Shown one piece after another: positions 54,539-59,150 of a stretch of DNA of 59,150 bases. Position 1 is the stretch's first letter; each line of letters opens with the position of its first letter. The position numbers and the translations under genes are program-made. Origin of the DNA: Nanobdellota archaeon (GTDB lineage Archaea > Nanobdellota > Nanobdellia > Woesearchaeales > DATGWN01); the NCBI GenBank assembly GCA_051819685.1, contig JBNJGI010000003.1, forward strand, positions 1-59,150, given 5' to 3'. The notes under the pieces were generated by a model that saw only the letters and a program-made list of their open reading frames with translations, ran no database searches and was not told the DNA's origin.

Positions 54539-55687
54539 TCAACCTTTCCAGTTTATTAAAGGTTTAAGATGTTTGATTATCTTTACACTTTCTTTTTGAA
54601 GATCCATAACATCAGTTATTTTTTTGTATGCTTCGGGAGCTTCATCAAGAGTACTTTGCTTTACTGTTCCTAATATTCCTTCCATGCTTTTTGTGAAATC
54701 TTTCATAGAAATACTCTCTTTCGCCTTTTTTCTGCTCATTTTTCTTCCTGCACCATGAGAAGAACTTTCTAAAAATTCTTTGTTTCCTAAACCCTCGACA
54801 AGGTATGTTCCATCACGCATATTTCCTGGAATAACTCCTTTCTCTCCTTTAGTAGCAGGTGTAGCTCCTTTTCGATGTATATATACATTTTCACCTTCAA
54901 ATTCACTTTTTATAGCATGATTGTGATTTTTGTTGGCCCATATTTCATAATTTATAGATTTTTTAAGAATTGTTTCTATACATTCTACTACATTTTTTGC
55001 TATTTCAATCCTATTCAAAAGAGCGAATTCAAGTCCGAAATCAAGCACTGCCAGATATTCTTTTCCTAAATCTGAATCATCTTGCAAGGGATATGTATCT
55101 TCAAAGTTTTTTTCCTTATGAGCGAATTTTTTCATGTATTTTTGGGCAACTTTATGCCCTATATTTCTGGATCCTGAATGTATTATTATCCATGCTTCTT
55201 CTTCATTCTGAGATATTTCAATAAAATGGTTGCCATGACCTAATGTTCCCAGATTTGAAGGTGATTTTCTTTTAAGGAAATCCAGAATGGATTCGTCATG
55301 AGGACTTTTTTTAAATTTATCAAGTAATTCTCTGAATTTAAGGATAGTCTCTTTACTTACTTCGGATTCTGAATGCTTTTTCCCTAATCCCATAGGTATT
55401 GTTTTTAATACTTCTTCATATATCTCATTTTTGTTTTTCGTAATATTTTCCAATATTTTATTTCCTTCTAACCTTACTGCAGTTACACCACAACCGATAT
55501 CATATCCTACCCATGCCGGAACTATCATTTTTTTTGTAGCTATAACAGATCCTATAGGTGCTACATAACCTGAATGTGCATCAGGCATAAGAGCAGCAGC
55601 TACTACAAAATCATTTTTCGTGCAGTTTTCGAATTGCTCTAATGTATTAGCATCACAATTTTCAGCAAATATGTTTATTTGTTTCAT
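54539..55687 (-). CDS. rtcB: RtcB-family RNA 3'-phosphate ligase (short form)
   Basis: MPDAHSGYVAPIGSV, DIGCG, HSGSRNIGH, HNHA, HRKGAT and SSSHGAGR motifs. 382 aa. Confidence 0.8.
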   Translation of the reverse strand: MKQINIFAENCDANTLEQFENCTKNDFVVAAALMPDAHSGYVAPIGSVIATKKMIVPAWVGYDIGCGVTAVRLEGNKILENITKNKNEIYEEVLKTIPMGLGKKHSESEVSKETILKFRELLDKFKKSPHDESILDFLKRKSPSNLGTLGHGNHFIEISQNEEEAWIIIHSGSRNIGHKVAQKYMKKFAHKEKNFEDTYPLQDDSDLGKEYLAVLDFGLEFALLNRIEIAKNVVECIETILKKSINYEIWANKNHNHAIKSEFEGENVYIHRKGATPATKGEKGVIPGNMRDGTYLVEGLGNKEFLESSSHGAGRKMSRKKAKESISMKDFTKSMEGILGTVKQSTLDEAPEAYKKITDVMDLQKESVKIIKHLKPLINWKG

Positions 55688-55741
55688 TCTAAAAGAGTAA
55701 ATAGAGTTAATTTTTTAAATTGTTTGATTTTTCATCTAAAC

Positions 55742-56224
55742 ATGGAAAATTCAAAAAACCAAATAATGGTTGTGGAAGATAAGGAGTACATTAGAAATTT
55801 CTTAGAAGTTGCTCTAAAAACAGAAGGTTATGAGATTGTTTCTTTCACTAATTGTGATACTGCTAAAAATTATATAAATGATATTAGTAATGAAGATATG
55901 CCTGATGTCGTACTTACAGATATAAATACTCCATATGGGAATGGAATTGAATTGGGGAAATATCTTTCTGATGTGCATTCACACAGGAATATCATTTTTA
56001 TGACAGGTGATAGTGAAGATTATGTAAAAAATAATTTCCCTAATCATCCTGTTCTTTCAAAACCTATACCTATACAAAGATTATATGATACTATTGATGA
56101 GCTCCTTAAAGAAGATGTTGAAGAGGACGATTATGTTGAAATAAGAGAGGATGGTAGCTCAGTTCATGTTAATCCTGAATATGCAAAAGATGATTTTTTT
56201 ATAAGAGAAGAAACTAATTACTGA
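55742..56224 (+). CDS. Stand-alone response-regulator receiver (CheY-like) protein with an acidic tail
   Basis: IMVVEDKEYIR..., DVVLTDINTPYGNG (phospho-acceptor Asp) and LSKP motifs. ATG 55742 is preferred over the track start. Confidence 0.7.
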   Translation: MENSKNQIMVVEDKEYIRNFLEVALKTEGYEIVSFTNCDTAKNYINDISNEDMPDVVLTDINTPYGNGIELGKYLSDVHSHRNIIFMTGDSEDYVKNNFPNHPVLSKPIPIQRLYDTIDELLKEDVEEDDYVEIREDGSSVHVNPEYAKDDFFIREETNY

Positions 56225-58683
56225 ACTATTTTGCTTTCTCCGTTTATTTTTTCTATGTTTATGACATTATCCACTATACTATCCATTTTTTGTTCATGAG
56301 ATACTAGTACCAACTGAGGTATATCTAAATTGTAAAGAACTTCCCTAACCTTATCAAGCTGTTCTGATGAAAAACCTTCAGTCGGTTCATCAAGTATAAG
56401 TATATCTCCTGTTCTTACACCTATCATTTCATTTATTATCCTGTTTAGAGCTATCCTGTAAGCGAATGCAAGACTTGTTCTTTCCCCTCCACTTAATGAT
56501 TCTACATCGATATCAATTCCATTTTGTTGTATTTTTGGAGTAAATGTATCGTCTATTGATACAAAATAACTTTCATCTTCTATTAAAGTTGAGAACCAAT
56601 GACGGAACTTGTGGTTAAATTCAAGATATATCTGTCTTAATACATTAGCTTCTATATTTTTTACAAGGGGCTGTATAAAATCTTCAATCCAGCTTTTCAA
56701 TGAGAGATGCCAATCATGTTTTTTTTTATTTTCTTCTTTTTTATTTATCTCCTGTTCAAGATCTTTTATTTGTTTGTCAACATTGTTAAAATCAGATATT
56801 AAAGCTGTATGTTTACCATGGAATTTATTATAATCTTCTCTTATACTTTTTAATTCTTGAGATTTTTTAAGGATTTCTTGTTTTTTTTTATCTATACCTT
56901 TTGTTTTCTGTTTTAGATCTTCAGCTTGTTTTTCGAGTTCTGAATATTTTTCTTCAAGGGATTTTATTTTTTTTATGTTTTTTTCAATGTTGTTGTTTTT
57001 TTCTTTCTCTATTTCTACCAGATGTGATTTTTTCTGCTTAGCAATATCGTTTTTTCTTATCTCCTCTTCTTTTTTCAACAATTTTTCGATTTCATTTTTC
57101 TTTTTATCGAAATCATATTCTTGGATTTTTTTCAGATTGCTTCTTTCAGTAGCTAATTTCTTTGATATTTCTCCATAACGTGATTCCATTTGTTCCAATT
57201 CTGTTATTTTCTCTTTTGTTGTGCTTAATTTAACTTTTATTTTATTGATTTCTTCTTGTGATTTTTTAAGAGAATCTTCAAGATCTTCTGTCTGATTCAG
57301 GTTATCTTTTTTTTCTTTCATTTCAGTTTTAAGAGATTTTATTTTTTCAGATATTTTTTCCTGTTCTTCAAAAGACTTTTTTCTTATCTTGTCTTTATGA
57401 TCTTTATCCACATCCTGATAACATGTAGGACAAGTATTAATATTTTCAATTTTAGATATCTTGTTTTTTTCTTCATCAAGATTTTTTTCTTCTGATTTTA
57501 TTTCAAGTTTAAGTTTTTCTATTGATGATCTCAATTCTTGTCTTTTGTCAAACTTTTCTTGTAATAATTTATTTTCATCCTGCTTTTTGCTTAGATTTTG
57601 CTCCAATTCTTTGATCTGTTTTTGAAGAGATTTTTTTTGATTTATTTTTTCTTTAATTTCTTTTATTTTTTCAGAAAAATCATCGATTTTATTCTTAGAT
57701 GATTGTAATTGTTCTTTTTTAGATGATATTTCATCATTGATTTGGTTTATTCTGGATTTTATCTGCTCATAAGTATAATCAAATGATTTTATTTCTATAT
57801 TACTTATAGTTTGCTTTATATTTTCAATTTCCTGAGATAATTTTTCATTATCTTCCTGCAAGTTTTTCTTTTCTTTTTTATTTGATTGGATTAGTTCAAG
57901 GGTATTTTCATATCTTGATTTCAATTGAAGTGTTTTTGTATATTCTTTATTCAGTTCATCATATTCTGATTCTTTTTCCTGTAAATTTTTATTTTTTTGT
58001 TTATCGATTTCCTTCATCTCTTTAAGGTTTTCATTAATCTGATCTTTTTTTATCTTTTGTTCTGCCATCACTGATTTTTTTTCAGTCAGGTCATGATATG
58101 TACCTTTAAGATATTCGTTTTTTTTCTTCAGGTCTTTGACAACTATTGTAGAGTTTTCTATTATTGTTTTGTATCTATCTATTCCGAATACTATTCTCAA
58201 GATATTCATCCTTTCTTCTGGTTTGTCAGTTATTATTTTTTTCATCTGTTCTTGTGTAGCATAAACACTATACCTATAGATTAACGAGTTAGTTCTTTGA
58301 TTGTTTGCATAATAACCTAGTATATTCAAGACTTTATGATTTATTTCACTGGGCATAAATTCTTCATTCTTTCCGTTTACACCGAAGTAACCTGGTCCTT
58401 GCGATATGCTGTTTTTATTTTTCTTTAATGTTCTTTTTACATAGTACGTATTTTTATTGTCTTTTAATTCTAATATTACATAAGCTTCATCTTCATCTAT
58501 CCTTAAAAGACTAGAAGAGTTATTTATACCTCTTTGAATACCGAAAAGAGCAAATTCTATAGACTGAAGTATTGAACTTTTCCCTGAGCCTATATCTCCC
58601 ATTAGTAATATATTGTCAGAAAAATAAATCTTCTGAAATTTATAGCTTCTTATGTTTTTTAGTTCTATACTTTTAAGTTTCAT
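56218..58683 (-). CDS. rad50: Rad50/SbcC-type SMC-like ATPase with a zinc hook
   Basis: Walker A LLMGDIGSGKSS, long coiled coils, a central CPTC hook (NINTCPTCYQDV), signature LSGGERT and Walker B ILILDEP. 821 aa. Confidence 0.85.
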   Translation of the reverse strand: MKLKSIELKNIRSYKFQKIYFSDNILLMGDIGSGKSSILQSIEFALFGIQRGINNSSSLLRIDEDEAYVILELKDNKNTYYVKRTLKKNKNSISQGPGYFGVNGKNEEFMPSEINHKVLNILGYYANNQRTNSLIYRYSVYATQEQMKKIITDKPEERMNILRIVFGIDRYKTIIENSTIVVKDLKKKNEYLKGTYHDLTEKKSVMAEQKIKKDQINENLKEMKEIDKQKNKNLQEKESEYDELNKEYTKTLQLKSRYENTLELIQSNKKEKKNLQEDNEKLSQEIENIKQTISNIEIKSFDYTYEQIKSRINQINDEISSKKEQLQSSKNKIDDFSEKIKEIKEKINQKKSLQKQIKELEQNLSKKQDENKLLQEKFDKRQELRSSIEKLKLEIKSEEKNLDEEKNKISKIENINTCPTCYQDVDKDHKDKIRKKSFEEQEKISEKIKSLKTEMKEKKDNLNQTEDLEDSLKKSQEEINKIKVKLSTTKEKITELEQMESRYGEISKKLATERSNLKKIQEYDFDKKKNEIEKLLKKEEEIRKNDIAKQKKSHLVEIEKEKNNNIEKNIKKIKSLEEKYSELEKQAEDLKQKTKGIDKKKQEILKKSQELKSIREDYNKFHGKHTALISDFNNVDKQIKDLEQEINKKEENKKKHDWHLSLKSWIEDFIQPLVKNIEANVLRQIYLEFNHKFRHWFSTLIEDESYFVSIDDTFTPKIQQNGIDIDVESLSGGERTSLAFAYRIALNRIINEMIGVRTGDILILDEPTEGFSSEQLDKVREVLYNLDIPQLVLVSHEQKMDSIVDNVINIEKINGESKIVQ

Positions 58684-58845
58684 TATAAAAAGGATTTGAA
58701 CAACCTTTTAATATTTTTCTTAATTTAGTCAAAGACAGAATATTCGTTATATTTTTATTTATGTGGGCGACTAATATAAATTTTGATAATTTTTAGTATA
58801 ACGAAAGAAATTCAATAAGAAATACTATTATTTTCGTAAATTTAT

Positions 58846-58903
58846 AAACTACTTCAAGGCAATATAATCACTTAGTTATTTCATTCTATTTATTTTATGT
58901 GTC
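58846..58903 (+). mobile_element. MITE-A relic A9 (right end)
   Basis: AAACTACTTCAAGGCAATATAATCACTTAG...TATTTTATGTGTC. A second TIR-like fragment, ATTTTTATTTATGTGGGC, lies at 58751-58768. Confidence 0.6.
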
Positions 58904-58973
58904 TTATTTTCGCTAAATTTAAATACTAGGATTGCAAAGAAAGTCAATTCAATATGAGGTTGATTTTATAAAA

Positions 58974-59150
58974 ATGGTAAAAAGTAGAACCGTAAAGAAA
59001 GTAAGTCCTAAAAAAGGATTAAAGAAATCTGCTGCAAAAAATACTGCAGCGAAGAAACCTGTGGCTAAGAAATCTAATGCGAAGAAAAGTACTGCAAAGA
59101 AACCTGTGGCTAAGAAATCCACTGCGAAGAAAAGTACTGCAAAGAAACCT
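58974..59150 (+). CDS. Lys/Ala-rich repeat protein (histone H1-like / nucleoid-associated candidate); C-terminus runs off the window end
   Basis: MVKSRTVKKVSPKKGLKKSAAKNTAAKKPVAKKSNAKKSTAKKPVAKKSTAKKSTAKKP..., in frame to the last base of the window. Confidence 0.6.
   Translation, partial: MVKSRTVKKVSPKKGLKKSAAKNTAAKKPVAKKSNAKKSTAKKPVAKKSTAKKSTAKKP
59052..59150 (+). repeat. 45-bp tandem repeat (2.2 units) encoding KKPVAKKS(N/T)AKKSTA
   Basis: Units are 59052-59096, 59097-59141 and a partial 59142-59150. They differ at 2 positions. Confidence 0.8.

Overview
AT-rich (about 25-30% GC by eye) archaeal chromosome segment. It looks like a reduced-genome DPANN-type archaeon. Supporting genes: AglB/STT3 oligosaccharyltransferase, RFC large subunit, diphthine synthase, type-2 MetAP, zinc-hook Rad50, an archaellin-type pilin, split transketolase and a histone-fold DUF1931 protein. 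All calls rest on manual motif recognition; no database search was possible.

Layout:
(i) 1-18.8 kb: one minus-strand glycan island with tightly overlapping genes. It holds a KdsB-type ulosonic-acid module with two pyruvate-aldolase-type genes, GT4/GT2 transferases, WecB, an FkbM methyltransferase, a sulfotransferase, a PIG-L deacetylase and a WbpA/B/E/D-type set for diacetamido-uronic acid. It ends in AglB.
(ii) 18.9-21.7 kb: non-oxidative pentose-phosphate genes, including an RPE-transketolase-N fusion.
(iii) 22-25.4 kb: an operon for a large acidic secreted protein plus a polytopic membrane protein.
(iv) 25.5-59 kb: housekeeping genes (dphB, tRNA-Arg, pgl-gnd, glyA, rfcL, gyrB, map, U32 peptidase, P-type ATPase, GH15, rtcB, rad50) interspersed with two MITE families.

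Main findings:
(a) MITE-A is a 154-bp palindromic element with ~33-bp terminal inverted repeats and 8-bp target-site duplications, at least 10 copies or relics. MITE-B is ~155 bp with 15-bp terminal repeats, about 6 copies or relics. Their outer ends sit at a very regular ~42-59 bp from the nearest start codon.
(b) An accessory locus at 43.8-46.4 kb is bracketed by these elements. It holds a stand-alone RelA/SpoT-type (small alarmone synthetase / toxSAS-like) gene and an unknown His/Asp-motif protein. This is the best candidate for an undescribed toxin-antitoxin or defence-type module.
(c) A unique GC-rich 157-bp insertion is nested in one MITE and may be a structured RNA.
(d) A chimeric gene scar documents duplication and deletion inside the glycan island.
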